Shown: positions 36,631 through 46,823 of the stretch, piece by piece
How positions within the stretch are numbered: position 1 is the first letter of the stretch
Layout of the letters: every line of letters starts with the position of its first letter
Program-made: the position numbers and the translations under genes
NCBI GenBank assembly: GCA_035531715.1
Contig: DATKSI010000010.1
Coordinates: forward strand, 73,615-137,614
Length of the DNA: 64,000 nt
Direction of reading: 5' to 3'
Source: Candidatus Micrarchaeaceae archaeon
GTDB taxonomy: Bacteria; Chloroflexota; Dormibacteria; Aeolococcales; Bog-877
Notes under the pieces: generated by a model
Told to the model about the DNA's origin: nothing
The model's input: the letters and a program-made list of their open reading frames with translations, nothing else
Database searches by the model: none

Positions 36631-38431
36631 GGGAGAGCACCGCCATGAAGGCTTCCTGGGGAATCTCCACGCTGCCGACGCGCTTCATCCGCTGCTTGCC
36701 CTCGCGCTGCTTCTCCAGGAGCTTGCGCTTGCGGGTGATGTCCCCTCCATAGCATTTGGCCAGCACGTCCTTGCGCAGCGCCGGAACCGTTTCGCGGGCG
36801 ATCACCTTGCCCCCGATCGCCGCCTGAATGGCCACCTCGAAGAGCTGACGGGGGATGACCTCCTTCAGCCGCTGCACCAGCTTCCGTCCCTGGTTGCTCG
36901 ATTGCTGGCGGTGGACGATGATCGACAGGGCATCGACCTTGGCGCCGGCCACCAGCACGTCCAGCTTGACCAACTGCTCGGCCCGGTACCCGGTCAATTG
37001 GTAGTCCATCGAGGCGTAGCCCCGGCTGCGCGACTTCAGCTGGTCGTAGAAGTCATGGATGATCTCCCCCAGCGGCAGGTCGTAGGTGAGCAGCGCCCGC
37101 TCCCCGGGCGGCTGGTACTCCAGCTGCACGAATTCCCCACGCCGTTCCTGGCAGAGCTCCATGATCCCGCCGAGATGCTCGCGAGGGACCACGATCTCCA
37201 GCTTGACCCGGGGCTCTTCGATCGTCTCGATCAGCCCCACCTCGGGGAGCTGGTCCGGGTTGTCGATCTCCATCACGCTTCCGTTCCGCAGCGTCACCCG
37301 GTAGGCGACTGACGGCGCGGTGGTGATCAGGTTGAGCTGGAACTCCCGCTCCAGCCGCTCTTGGACGATCTCCATATGAAGCAGGCCGAGGAAGCCACAG
37401 CGGAAGCCAAACCCGAGGGCGATCGAGGTCTCCGGCTCAAAGGTCAAAGCGGCGTCGTTGAGCTGGAGCCGGTCCAATGCCTCTTTCAGCCCCTGGTAGT
37501 CATCCCCCTCGACCGGGAACAGACCGGCCCAGACCATCGGGCTCACCTGCCGGTAGCCGGGCAGCGGCGCCGGGGTCGGCCGCGAGACCTCGGTGATGGT
37601 GTCCCCGACTTTGCTGTCCCGGACATTGCGGATGGAGGCGATCAGGTAGCCGACCTCGCCGGCGGTGAGCTCCCCAACCTCCACCATCGAAGGGTGGAAG
37701 ATGCCGACCTCGTCGACTGTGAATGTGCCCTGGTTGGCCATCATCCGGATCTGAGTCCCCGACCGCAGCCGTCCGTCCATCACCCGCACGTAGACCACCA
37801 CTCCTCGGTAGGCGTCGTACTTGCAGTCGAAGATCAGAGCCCGCAACGCGGCCTCCGGGTCTCCAACTGGAGCAGGCAGGGCGGTCACCACCGCTTCCAG
37901 GATCTGGTCCACCCCCTCCCCGGTTCGGGCGCTGGCCAGGATCGATCGTTCCGCCGGGATGCCGATCACCCGGGCGATCTCCTCCCGCACCAGCTCCGGA
38001 TCGGCCTGCGGCAGATCGATCTTGTTGACCACCGGCACGATCTCCAGGCCCAGCTCGAGCGCCTTGTAGACGTTGGCCAGGGTCTGGGCTTCGATCCCCT
38101 GACTGGCGTCCACCACCAACAGGGCCCCCTCGCAGGCGGCCAGCGCCCGGGACACTTCGTAGGCGAAGTCGACATGCCCGGGGGTGTCGATCAGGTTGAA
38201 CTCGTAGGTCTGGCCATCCCGAGCCTGGTAGGTCATCCGGACCGCCTGGGCTTTGATGGTTATCCCCCGCTCGCGCTCCAAGTCCATGGTGTCGAGCATC
38301 TGCTCGGTCAGATCCCGGGCACTGACCGTCCCGGTGAATTCCATGAGCCGATCGGCCAGGGTGGATTTGCCGTGGTCGATGTGGGCAATGATGGAAAAGT
38401 TGCGAATTCGACTGGTCGACTGCGGGGCCAT
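36620..38431 (-). CDS. lepA: Translation elongation factor 4 (LepA)
   Basis: 603 aa. [29 protein letters not shown] and NKIDL GTPase motifs, plus the LepA C-terminal domain. Confidence 0.97.
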   Translation of the reverse strand: MAPQSTSRIRNFSIIAHIDHGKSTLADRLMEFTGTVSARDLTEQMLDTMDLERERGITIKAQAVRMTYQARDGQTYEFNLIDTPGHVDFAYEVSRALAACEGALLVVDASQGIEAQTLANVYKALELGLEIVPVVNKIDLPQADPELVREEIARVIGIPAERSILASARTGEGVDQILEAVVTALPAPVGDPEAALRALIFDCKYDAYRGVVVYVRVMDGRLRSGTQIRMMANQGTFTVDEVGIFHPSMVEVGELTAGEVGYLIASIRNVRDSKVGDTITEVSRPTPAPLPGYRQVSPMVWAGLFPVEGDDYQGLKEALDRLQLNDAALTFEPETSIALGFGFRCGFLGLLHMEIVQERLEREFQLNLITTAPSVAYRVTLRNGSVMEIDNPDQLPEVGLIETIEEPRVKLEIVVPREHLGGIMELCQERRGEFVQLEYQPPGERALLTYDLPLGEIIHDFYDQLKSRSRGYASMDYQLTGYRAEQLVKLDVLVAGAKVDALSIIVHRQQSSNQGRKLVQRLKEVIPRQLFEVAIQAAIGGKVIARETVPALRKDVLAKCYGGDITRKRKLLEKQREGKQRMKRVGSVEIPQEAFMAVLSLDR

Positions 38432-38568
38432 CTGCTTGGCGATTATCCCGGCGCCTGAGACCCGTCACCGAAACTGCCGCCCAGAATCGGATCGGTGTAG
38501 CGGAATCGGGCTAGCCAGGGAAGTGGGCCAGAGCCGCTGAGCGGGGTGAAGGCGGCGGTGTTCCTGCC

Positions 38569-39117
38569 TTAGCTTCCAACTCGGTAGTGGAGGTGAACCA
38601 CGCCGTTGCCAAAGCGGCGTTGGTCCAGCAGCTCCAGCTGACGGGGAAGAGACGGCGTCCCTCCCCCCACGATGACGGGGACGAGAAACAGGTGACACTC
38701 GTCGACCAGGCCGGCGGCCAGGGCCTGGCCGGCGAGGTGGGCACCGCCCACAGTGAGGTCGCGCTTCGACCGCTCCTTCATCGCGCGGACCGATGCCGGG
38801 TCGAAGGTGCGCTCGATCCGCGTCCGGGTGCTGGAGACGGTGACCAAGGAGGTGGAGTAGACGACCTTGTCAGCGGCCCGCCAGAGCTCCGCGAAGTTCT
38901 GCTGGAGCTGCCGTCCCTCGGCGAGGAATCGGGCCGTCTCCCAGTAGACCATCGTCTGCTACATGCGGCGGCCGTAAAGGTAAGTTCCGATGGGCAGCTC
39001 AAGGTCAATGACGAAGGCGAGCACCTCCTCGTCGGGAGTGGTCCAGTCGAAATCGCCGGCTTGGTCAGCCAGGTAGCCGTCAAGCGAGGTGATGGCTGAG
39101 TAGATCAGGTTGGCCAT
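38569..39117 (-). pseudogene. RibD_C / dihydrofolate-reductase-like family gene interrupted by an in-frame TAG
   Basis: Track ORFs 38959..39201 and 38569..38952 are in the same frame. The junction reads ...YLYGRRM TAG Q T M VYWE... The two halves together form one RibD_C-like protein (MANLIYSAITSLDGY ... LTVGGAHLAGQALAAGLVDECHLFLVPVIVGGG). Confidence 0.75.
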
Positions 39118-39368
39118 GGGCCGCCTCGTCGGATCGCCCGGGCCGAATTCGATCGGGGCACGCGTGAGCTGATTGCGGTCACCGACCCGGAGTCTAGACA
39201 ATCAAGGTCCCTTGAGAAAAGACGACCCGAGAACCTCCAGGCGAAGTCACCAAGCCACCGAAGTCCAGCTGGGGTGGGGTGCCCTGAGGTCCGCGCCTGG
39301 CGGCCCCCCGGTCGCGGGGAAGAGTGGAGCCGTCTCCAGGAGCTGGGCGCAGGATCCAGCGATGACCC

Positions 39369-40166
39369 GTGTGCCCGCAAACCGCTAGCCCCGCCACGCC
39401 TGAGTTCCGGGAGTTCGTGATCTCCCCGGCCCGAACCTTGGAGGAGATCGACGCGGTCAGCTCGCTGCAGGCGGAGATCTGGGGTTCGTCGCAGATCGCC
39501 GCGCCATCCACGCTGCTGAAGGTGATTGCCGAGGCAGGCGGAGTGGTCCTCCTGGCCCGCTCCGGGGGTCGGCCGGTCGGCTTCGCCTACGGGTTCGTCG
39601 GACGGACGAGGGAGGGGGTCGCCTACCTCCGTTCCCACTCGGCGGGGGTGCTCCCGGAACATCGCAACAGTGGCATCGGCCGGGCGCTGAAGTTGGCCCA
39701 GCGGGAGGCGGTATTGGCGGCCGGGATGGACCGGATTGTCTGGACCTTCGATCCGAGCCAGGTGGGCAACGCCCACTTCAATCTCCGTCGCCTGGGAGCC
39801 ACCGCCCGCGACTTCCGGCACGATTACTACGGGCGCCGCGACGACGCGCTCAGCCGGGGGCTCCCCACCGATCGGCTGATCGTCGAGTGGTTTCTCGGAG
39901 TCAAGGAGCAGTCAGAACTGGCCAAACTGCGCCGCCGGCGCAACCTGGTCGCCGTCGCCGTCCCGGAGGGGCTGCCGGGCCGACCCGGTTCCGACCGCGG
40001 AGAGCTGCCCGCGTTGCAGGCTGAGCTCCGGGAAAAGTTGCAGTCGGCCTTCGCCCGCGGCCTGCAGATAATCGACTACCAGGCCGACGCCCGGAGCTAC
40101 CGGCTGGCCGAACTGCCTTCGTCCTTCCCGGCCCGGCTCGAGGGTGGGTCAGCGTCTGAGGGGTGA
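39369..40166 (+). CDS. GNAT-superfamily acetyltransferase-like protein (COG3375-like)
   Basis: 265 aa. HSAGVLPEHRNSGIGRALKLAQRE resembles GNAT motif A, and the WTFDP..NAHFNLRRLGA segment is typical of this family. Start uncertain. Confidence 0.6.
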   Translation: MCPQTASPATPEFREFVISPARTLEEIDAVSSLQAEIWGSSQIAAPSTLLKVIAEAGGVVLLARSGGRPVGFAYGFVGRTREGVAYLRSHSAGVLPEHRNSGIGRALKLAQREAVLAAGMDRIVWTFDPSQVGNAHFNLRRLGATARDFRHDYYGRRDDALSRGLPTDRLIVEWFLGVKEQSELAKLRRRRNLVAVAVPEGLPGRPGSDRGELPALQAELREKLQSAFARGLQIIDYQADARSYRLAELPSSFPARLEGGSASEG

Positions 40167-40534
40167 TCCCCTTCGGGCTCCGATGCCGCACGCGGGACCT
40201 GGGCCTGCAGCTGGCCCAACACCTCCAGTTCGCTGCCATAGGTCAGCTCGGGCAGGTCACGGAGCCGCTCGCGCAAATCCTCGTGGCCAGCGAGCCATCG
40301 CCCCGCCTCGATCAGCAAGCGCTCGCGGGGTGCCGGGTATGACACACCGCCCAGGGCCCGCCGCAGAGCCAGCTCCTCCCTCGGAGTTCGGCGGCCCTCA
40401 GGAGAGGCGAAGCGCGGCTCAGCCAGGCCCACCTCGATCCGGAGCCTGCCCGGGGCCCCCAGCGCCCCTCGGGTGAGCAGCTCCTCCGGCTCTACCGGTA
40501 CCAGCCCCCCCAGGAGGGGGTCCTCAGCCATCAT
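40097..40534 (-). CDS. DUF2795-like small protein
   Basis: ALGGVSYPAPRERLLIEA...LRDLPELTYGSELEV matches the DUF2795 pattern. ATG at 40534 chosen within the track ORF (to 40642). The 3' end overlaps the convergent GNAT gene by 70 nt. Confidence 0.45.
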   Translation of the reverse strand: MMAEDPLLGGLVPVEPEELLTRGALGAPGRLRIEVGLAEPRFASPEGRRTPREELALRRALGGVSYPAPRERLLIEAGRWLAGHEDLRERLRDLPELTYGSELEVLGQLQAQVPRAASEPEGDHPSDADPPSSRAGKDEGSSASR

Positions 40535-40702
40535 CCAGCAGCTGAGAGACACCGCCCGTGGCCGGGGTCCCACCGGAGTGGGAGGACGGTCCCCGAACCA
40601 CGACCGGCACAAAAAAAATAACAGCGGCCAGTGGAATTCCATCCCGGCGCGACCTGCCCGTCACGCCCCGCTCAGTCGCCCGAGACACCGGGAGTACGCG
40701 GG

Positions 40703-41731
40703 TCACGCCTCGCCCAGCACCCGGCGCGTCGAAGCGGCGATGTCGTGGGGGCGCTGACCGGGGCGGGAGTGGACCCGATGGGCGAGGACCATGGCGGCCA
40801 CCGCGGCCACCTCGGCCAGGCCCACCTGGGGCAGCGCCTCCAACGCCGCGTAGGCCTGGGCCGCCTTGCGGGCGACCAGATCGGCGCGGTGGCCGTCGAC
40901 CTCGAGCTCGATGGCCAGCCGGGCGATCCCCTCCAGCACCTGCCGGGAGATCTGGATCCCGGGCAAGGCGGCAATCGCCCGATCGATGCGATCCCGCTCC
41001 CGGCCCTCCTCCTCCTCCCATTCGGCGGCAAAGCCCACCGGGTCGTCCTCGAAAGCCTCCCGGCGCTGCACGATCTCGACCCGGTCGGCGATGTTGGTGA
41101 TTCCGGACACGTCGACGCAGAGCCCGAACCGGTCCAGGAGTTGGGGCCGCAGGTCGCCCTCCTCGGGGTTCATGGTTCCCACCAGGATGAAGCGAGAGGG
41201 GTGCCAGACGGAGATCCCCTCGCGCTCGACCACGTTGACGCCCATGGCGGCAGCGTCGAGGAGCACGTCCACGATGTGGTCGTCAAGCAGGTTGACCTCG
41301 TCCACGTAGAGGATCTGGCGGTTGGCCTCGGCCAGCACCCCAGGCTCGAAGCGCCGCTGGCCGGAATGGATCGCGGCCTCCAGATCGATCGAGCCGACCA
41401 CCCGGTCCTCGCTGGCATTGATCGGTAGCTCGACCACCCGCATCTGGCGCTGGGTCACCTCCAGCTCCTCGCCGGCAGCCAGCCGGCCCTGGCAGTCGGA
41501 GCACATCGCGTCCCCGCGCGGCGCGCAGCCGAAGTGGCAGCCGACCACCACCTCGAGCTCGGGGAGCAGCCGGGCGAGGGCCCGGACCGCGGTGGACTTG
41601 GCGGTGCCCTTCTCCCCGCGGATCAGCACCCCCCCGATCGCCGGGTTGACCGCGTTGAGCTCCAGCGCGAGCCGCATCTGGCCCTGACCGACCAGGGCGG
41701 TGAAAGGATAGACGTTGCGCAGCTCAGCCAC
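40703..41731 (-). CDS. chlI: ChlI/BchI-type chelatase AAA+ ATPase subunit
   Basis: 342 aa. YPFTALVGQGQMRLALELNAVNPAIGGVLIRGEKGTAKST, Walker B ILYVDEVNLL, and an arginine-finger region. Confidence 0.9.
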   Translation of the reverse strand: MAELRNVYPFTALVGQGQMRLALELNAVNPAIGGVLIRGEKGTAKSTAVRALARLLPELEVVVGCHFGCAPRGDAMCSDCQGRLAAGEELEVTQRQMRVVELPINASEDRVVGSIDLEAAIHSGQRRFEPGVLAEANRQILYVDEVNLLDDHIVDVLLDAAAMGVNVVEREGISVWHPSRFILVGTMNPEEGDLRPQLLDRFGLCVDVSGITNIADRVEIVQRREAFEDDPVGFAAEWEEEEGRERDRIDRAIAALPGIQISRQVLEGIARLAIELEVDGHRADLVARKAAQAYAALEALPQVGLAEVAAVAAMVLAHRVHSRPGQRPHDIAASTRRVLGEA

Positions 41732-41743
41732 CGGCAGATTGTC

Positions 41744-43909
41744 TCAGAGGGAGCTGGGCCGCCCCGAGGACTGCGGCTGCCGCAGGGCCTCGGTCACCGG
41801 TCGCAGGATCGCCCCCTCAGAAAGATCGAAGAGGCCAAAGTAGGCAGCGCCCATCCGCTCGGCCAGGTCGACACAGGCGTTGAAGTTGTAGCCCGCGAAG
41901 CGAGCCGCGGCGGAGCCGCTGGGGCGCGCCGCAGCCAACTGCGGCAGATGGTCCCGGGAGGAGTCGATCACCAGCGCCCGGATCCCTTCCCGACGGATCT
42001 GGTCCGCCATCCGCTGCGCCTCCAGGAGCGGCTCCTCACCTCCCAGGCTGATATTGCCGCGACCATCGCTGATCAGCACCAGGAGCGGCAGCACGTCAGG
42101 GTCCCGGCGACGCTCGGCCGCGATCAGATTGACGGCCGTGGTCAGTCCGTGGGTCAAGGGGGTGGTGCCGCCCACCGCGATCCGGGTCAGATGGCGCTCC
42201 GCGAGATCCACGCTGGCGGTGGGCCGCAACACCACCTGGGCGCTGCGCCCGGAGAAAGAGACCAGCGCGACCCGGTCGCGCCGGACGTAGGCGTCCTGGA
42301 GCAGAGCGAAGATGGCACTGCGGGTGGCGTCCATCCGCTGCTCGGCGTCCATGCTCGCCGAGGCGTCCACGGCGAACACGATCAGGTTGCCGATCCGGCG
42401 CTGGCGCACCTTCTGGCGCAGATCTTGGGGCTCGAGCTGGAGCTGGCGTCCCCCGGCCTCGGAGGCCGCCCGCCGGGAGACCTGGTGCGGGGCGGCCGCG
42501 CGCAGGGTGGCATCCAGAGCCAGGTCGGTTGGATGCTCCACCTCCCGCGCGCCGACGTACCTACCGCGGCGATCCCGGGAGGTGGTCTGGCTCCGCCGAC
42601 CGCGTCCGCGGCGGCGCAGCCTCTCTCGGGGCAGCTGGATGCGACCGACCTCGAATCCCTCCTCCACCTCGACCGGCTGGGCGGTCGAGGGACCCGGTCG
42701 CGAGTCGGTACTCCCGGCCAGCTCCGCGGTGGCCCCTGCCGCCCCCTCTGGGGACTCCTCTCCTTCCGCCAGTCCGTTCTCCGAAGTCGTCTCTCCGGTC
42801 GGACCAGCCTCGCCCTTGAGGTCCGGCATCCCCACCTCCGCCGGCGCTGCCAGCTGCTCCGAGAGTGGGTCGCTGACCCCGGGGGGCGCCTCGGTGAGGC
42901 TGCCGCCCTGGGACCGTCGGCGGTGCACCAGGGCCAACTCGGCCACCTCCGCCAGGTCGGACAGGCCGACCACCAAGCCATCCGCTGACGGCCTCTCGGT
43001 CACCGCGGCCTGCAGGGCGCGGCGGGCCTGGGCGGCCCGCACCAAGACCAGGTCGGAGCGATGACCGATGACCTGCTGGTCAACGCTCATCACGGCCGCC
43101 ATCCGGACCACCAGCTCCGGCGTCTCCAGCCGGGGCAACAACCTTTGGGCCCGCTCCAGTCTTTCCGCCAGCTGGCGATCCCCGCTGGGAACCATCGGCT
43201 GCTCCGCATCCCGCCGCATCACCGCCACCCGATCCTCCAGGCCGCGCAGCCCAGACACCTCGACGCACAGGCCAAAGCGGTCCAGCAGCTGCGGGCGCAG
43301 CTCGCCCTCGTCAGGATTCATGGTTCCGACCAGCACGAAGCGCGAGGGATGGGTGATCGAGATCTCTTCGCGTTCCACCACGTTGACGCCCGAGCCGGCC
43401 GCATCCAGCAGCACGTCGACCAGGTGATGCTCCAAAAGGTTCACCTCGTCGACGTACAGCACCTGGCGGTTGGCTTCGGCCAGCAGCCCTGGCTGGAAGG
43501 CGCGCCGTCCTTGCCGGAGCGCCAGCTCCAGGTCGATCGACCCGACGATCCGGTCCTCGGAGCCACCCAAGGGCAGCTCGACCACCCGGGTCGGACGGAT
43601 GACCACCGGCAGCTGTTCGCCCCGGGCCACCCGATCCGAGCAGTCCGCACACTGGTCGGGACCGGAGGGCGAGCAGTGATAGGGACAATCCGCGACCTGC
43701 TCTTGGGTGGGCAGGATGGCCGCCATCGCCCGAACCAGGGTCGATTTCGCGGTCCCGCGCTCCCCGCGGATCAGGACCCCACCGATCCGAGGCTCGATGG
43801 CGGCCAGCAAAAGAGCCAGCTTCATCCGCTCTTGCCCGATCACCCCGGAGAAGCTCGATGACTCGGGCTGGCCTGACCTGACCGGGACCCCGCTGAGGTA
43901 GACCGACAA
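41744..43909 (-). CDS. chlD: ChlD/BchD-type chelatase subunit (AAA+ N-domain, acidic/Pro linker, vWA C-domain)
   Basis: 721 aa. GQERMKLALLLAAIEPRIGGVLIRGERGTAKST at the N-terminus and a C-terminal vWA domain with a MIDAS motif (VFAVDASASMD). TTG start 3 nt after the upstream gene's stop. Confidence 0.9.
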   Translation of the reverse strand: MSVYLSGVPVRSGQPESSSFSGVIGQERMKLALLLAAIEPRIGGVLIRGERGTAKSTLVRAMAAILPTQEQVADCPYHCSPSGPDQCADCSDRVARGEQLPVVIRPTRVVELPLGGSEDRIVGSIDLELALRQGRRAFQPGLLAEANRQVLYVDEVNLLEHHLVDVLLDAAGSGVNVVEREEISITHPSRFVLVGTMNPDEGELRPQLLDRFGLCVEVSGLRGLEDRVAVMRRDAEQPMVPSGDRQLAERLERAQRLLPRLETPELVVRMAAVMSVDQQVIGHRSDLVLVRAAQARRALQAAVTERPSADGLVVGLSDLAEVAELALVHRRRSQGGSLTEAPPGVSDPLSEQLAAPAEVGMPDLKGEAGPTGETTSENGLAEGEESPEGAAGATAELAGSTDSRPGPSTAQPVEVEEGFEVGRIQLPRERLRRRGRGRRSQTTSRDRRGRYVGAREVEHPTDLALDATLRAAAPHQVSRRAASEAGGRQLQLEPQDLRQKVRQRRIGNLIVFAVDASASMDAEQRMDATRSAIFALLQDAYVRRDRVALVSFSGRSAQVVLRPTASVDLAERHLTRIAVGGTTPLTHGLTTAVNLIAAERRRDPDVLPLLVLISDGRGNISLGGEEPLLEAQRMADQIRREGIRALVIDSSRDHLPQLAAARPSGSAAARFAGYNFNACVDLAERMGAAYFGLFDLSEGAILRPVTEALRQPQSSGRPSSL

Positions 43910-43912
43910 GGC

Positions 43913-44359
43913 CTAGCTGAGGACCCAAGCGGCGGCCAGCCGCTCTGCCCACGAACCAGGCAGGCCGACCACGAACTCCTGACCGGCATCCACAACCCCG
44001 CAAGCTGAGCGACTCTCGCTGTCCGGACTACCCGGGGGAAACTCGCCCTCGGCTGGCAGCTCGAAGAGGGCCACCGCCGCCCCCCCCAGCTGACCCCAAC
44101 CGGCTGCCTCCCTCAGCTCAGCGGAGATCCTGCGCCCCCCGACTGAGAACCAAAGCGTGGGTAGCTCGACCGAGTTCTCATTGGCGGCGGGGCCCACTCC
44201 CGAGGCCGAGCGGAAGAGCAACCATCCGAGGACCGCCCCGGTATCGGGTCGCCAGAGCGCCTCCAGATCCTGGGGCTCGACCGCCACCAGAGTGTGCGTG
44301 TCGTCAAGCGCCAGGCCTGGTCCAGCCCCGCCATTCAGATCGCCGTCTTGAGCACTCAA
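43913..44359 (-). CDS. Hypothetical protein, first gene of the chlD-chlI cluster
   Basis: 148-aa ORF with a TTG start and GC-rich third codon positions in the part I hand-translated. Stop is 3 nt before the chlD start. No family recognised. Confidence 0.5.
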   Translation of the reverse strand: MSAQDGDLNGGAGPGLALDDTHTLVAVEPQDLEALWRPDTGAVLGWLLFRSASGVGPAANENSVELPTLWFSVGGRRISAELREAAGWGQLGGAAVALFELPAEGEFPPGSPDSESRSACGVVDAGQEFVVGLPGSWAERLAAAWVLS

Positions 44360-44427
44360 CTCCCGATATGGTAGGTCTCCATGAAGGGGCGGCTGCCGGG
44401 GCCGCCGTACACGACCTGGGGAGTCTC

Positions 44428-45096
44428 ATGAGCACAATGCCAGACGGCGTCGGCATCATCGGCGGCACCGGTCCCATGGGTCGGGGGCTCGCGGCCCGGA
44501 TCGCCCAGTCTGGCCTGGCCGTACTGCTGGGATCCCGGGAACCCTTGCGCGCTGCCGAGGCGGCCACGGGGATCCAGGAACGGCTGGGAGCCGGGGCTGG
44601 CTTCGTCCAGGGCGGCAGCAACCCTGAAGCTGCGAGCTTTGGGGATCTGACACTGCTCACCGTTCCCTACCAGCCGGGCTCGCCGCTGCTGAGCGAGCTG
44701 GCCGAGCTGCTTCGGGGCCGGGTGCTGGTCTCCACCGCCGCCCCGATGGAGTTTCGGGGAGGGCGGCCTCACCCGCTCAGACCCGCTGCGGGGTCAGCCG
44801 CCCAGGATCTGGCCCAGGGGTGTCCCGGTGCTCTGGTGGTGGGTGCGTTCCACACGGTCAGCGCGCCCGTCCTGGCTCAACTGGACGTGACCCTCGACGA
44901 GGATGTGATCGTCACTTCGGACCATCTGACCGCGAAGTCACTGGTGATCCGCCTGGTCGAACTTCTGCCCGGCCTCCGCGGAGTGGACGGTGGAGGGCTG
45001 GAAAACGCCACCTTCAGCGAAGGGCTAACGCCATTTCTGATCAGGCTCAACCGGATCCACCACACCCACACCGGGGTTCGGGTGACCGGCCTCTGA
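44428..45096 (+). CDS. npdG: NADPH-dependent F420 reductase-like oxidoreductase
   Basis: N-terminal Rossmann motif VGIIGGTGPMGRGLAARIAQSG and size (about 220 aa) typical of NpdG/FNO-family proteins. ATG at 44428 chosen. Confidence 0.7.
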   Translation: MSTMPDGVGIIGGTGPMGRGLAARIAQSGLAVLLGSREPLRAAEAATGIQERLGAGAGFVQGGSNPEAASFGDLTLLTVPYQPGSPLLSELAELLRGRVLVSTAAPMEFRGGRPHPLRPAAGSAAQDLAQGCPGALVVGAFHTVSAPVLAQLDVTLDEDVIVTSDHLTAKSLVIRLVELLPGLRGVDGGGLENATFSEGLTPFLIRLNRIHHTHTGVRVTGL

Positions 45097-45364
45097 GCCG
45101 CGCGACTGTTCGCCGCTCGGCCCGCTGAGCCATCTCCACCTAGACCTCCAGCGCCGGCCTCCCATCGATCCGGGCACCAACCCTGGTCCGCCCGATAGGC
45201 TGGCGACCCGACCGATGTCCCGGTCGGGCGGGCTGGGTTAGCTTAGGGTCGTCGAGGGAATTCACACCTCGGCGGGCCGGCAGCCGGTCGCCCCCCTGAC
45301 CGAACCCGCGTCAACCGACGGGCGGGTGCGCAGAGGGTTTGCCTGGCGGCGGCAGCTCGGCCGC

Positions 45365-45395
45365 GGCCCGCTTCGGTCGTGCAATGAAGCGGGCC
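45365..45395 (-). terminator. Hairpin GGCCCGCTTC-N11-GAAGCGGGCC downstream of lpd
   Basis: Perfect 10-bp stem lying 18 nt beyond the lpd stop. No U-tract. Confidence 0.4.
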
Positions 45396-45412
45396 CGGAC
45401 GGCGGGCTCCCC

Positions 45413-46783
45413 TTAGATGTGGATCGCCAGCCCTTCAGCGGCCAAGGCGGCCTCCTTGAGGCTCTCGCTGAGGGTGGGGTGGGCGTGCACCAGAGCTTCG
45501 AACTGCTCGGCCTTGACCCCGACCCAGGCGGCCATGACCATCTCCGGCAGCAGCTCGGTGACCTCGGCTCCGATCGCGTGGGTGCCCAGCAAACGGCCGG
45601 TCTCCGCATCGACCACCGTCTTGATGAATCCCACCGTCTCGCCCATGGCGATCGCCTTGCCGCTGGCGCTGAAGGGGAACTTGCCAATCCGCACCTGGTG
45701 ACCCTGGGCTTTGGCCTGCTCCTCCGTTAGTCCGGTCGAGGCCACCTGGGGCTGGCAGTAGGTGCAGCGGGGAACCTGGATCGGGTCCAGCGGCTTCACC
45801 TCCCGACCGGCGGCGGTCTCGACGGCGATCACTCCCTCGGCACTGGCCGCATGAGCCAGGAGTGGGGGGCCATTGACATCTCCGATGGCGAAGACCCCGG
45901 GGATGTTGGTGCGCTGGTGGTCGTCCACCTTGATGAATCCTCCAGCGACCGCCACTCCCAACTCCTCGAGCCCAAGATTCTCCAGATTGGCGGCCACCCC
46001 GGTTGCGGTGAGGACCATCTCCCCCTCCACCGCATCGCCGCTCTCCAGGACCAGCCGCCACCCCTCCCCGGTCCGCTCGGATCGCTGGATCAACGACCCC
46101 GTTCGGAGTTCGATCTTCTGCCTTTCGAACTGCCGGGTCAGCTCCCTGGAGACATCCAGATCCTCCTGGGGCAGCAGCCTGGACAGCGCCTCCACCACGG
46201 TGACCCGCACCCCGTAGGACGAGTAGATGTAGGCAAATTCAGCCCCGATCGCCCCGCCCCCCACGATCACGCAGCTTTTGGGCAGCTGACGCAGCTCGAG
46301 CGCTTCCCGAGACGTGAACACCGACTTGCCATCGGGCGCGAGCCCCGGGATGGTTTTCGGTCGCGCGCCGGTGGCGATGATGATCTGGGAGGCGGCCACC
46401 TGCTGGCCCGAGGGAGTCACCTCCAAGGTCTGCTCCGAGAGCAGCCGGGCCCGCCCCGAGACCACCTCAACCCCGTTCTTGCGCATCAGGAAGGCGACTC
46501 CCTGCACTAGCTTCCCGACCACCTCGCGGCTCCGGCTGATCGCCGCGTCGAAGTCGGCCACCACCTCACCCCGACTGATCCCAAACCGGTCGGCCTCGCG
46601 GACCAGATGAAGGACCTCAGCGTTGCGCAAGAGCGCCTTCGACGGGATGCAGCCCCAGTTGAGGCACACGCCGCCCAGGGTCTCCTCCTCCTCGATCAGA
46701 GTGACCGCCATTCCCAACTGCGCCGCCCTGATGGCTGCCACATAGCCCCCCGGACCCGATCCCACAATCGCCAGGTCCTTCAT
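45413..46783 (-). CDS. lpdA: Dihydrolipoyl dehydrogenase (E3)
   Basis: 456 aa. GSGPGGYVAA FAD motif and redox-active disulfide CLNWGCIPSK. Confidence 0.96.
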   Translation of the reverse strand: MKDLAIVGSGPGGYVAAIRAAQLGMAVTLIEEEETLGGVCLNWGCIPSKALLRNAEVLHLVREADRFGISRGEVVADFDAAISRSREVVGKLVQGVAFLMRKNGVEVVSGRARLLSEQTLEVTPSGQQVAASQIIIATGARPKTIPGLAPDGKSVFTSREALELRQLPKSCVIVGGGAIGAEFAYIYSSYGVRVTVVEALSRLLPQEDLDVSRELTRQFERQKIELRTGSLIQRSERTGEGWRLVLESGDAVEGEMVLTATGVAANLENLGLEELGVAVAGGFIKVDDHQRTNIPGVFAIGDVNGPPLLAHAASAEGVIAVETAAGREVKPLDPIQVPRCTYCQPQVASTGLTEEQAKAQGHQVRIGKFPFSASGKAIAMGETVGFIKTVVDAETGRLLGTHAIGAEVTELLPEMVMAAWVGVKAEQFEALVHAHPTLSESLKEAALAAEGLAIHI

Positions 46784-46823
46784 CAGGCCAGCCGTTGCAA
46801 CCGTCCCGGACCAGCCACCCGCC

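Noticed and set aside
40604-40625. The T8 run (minus strand) as the intrinsic terminator of chlI.
   Set aside because: I could not fold a stable GC hairpin immediately upstream of the run. It is kept only as a low-interest observation.
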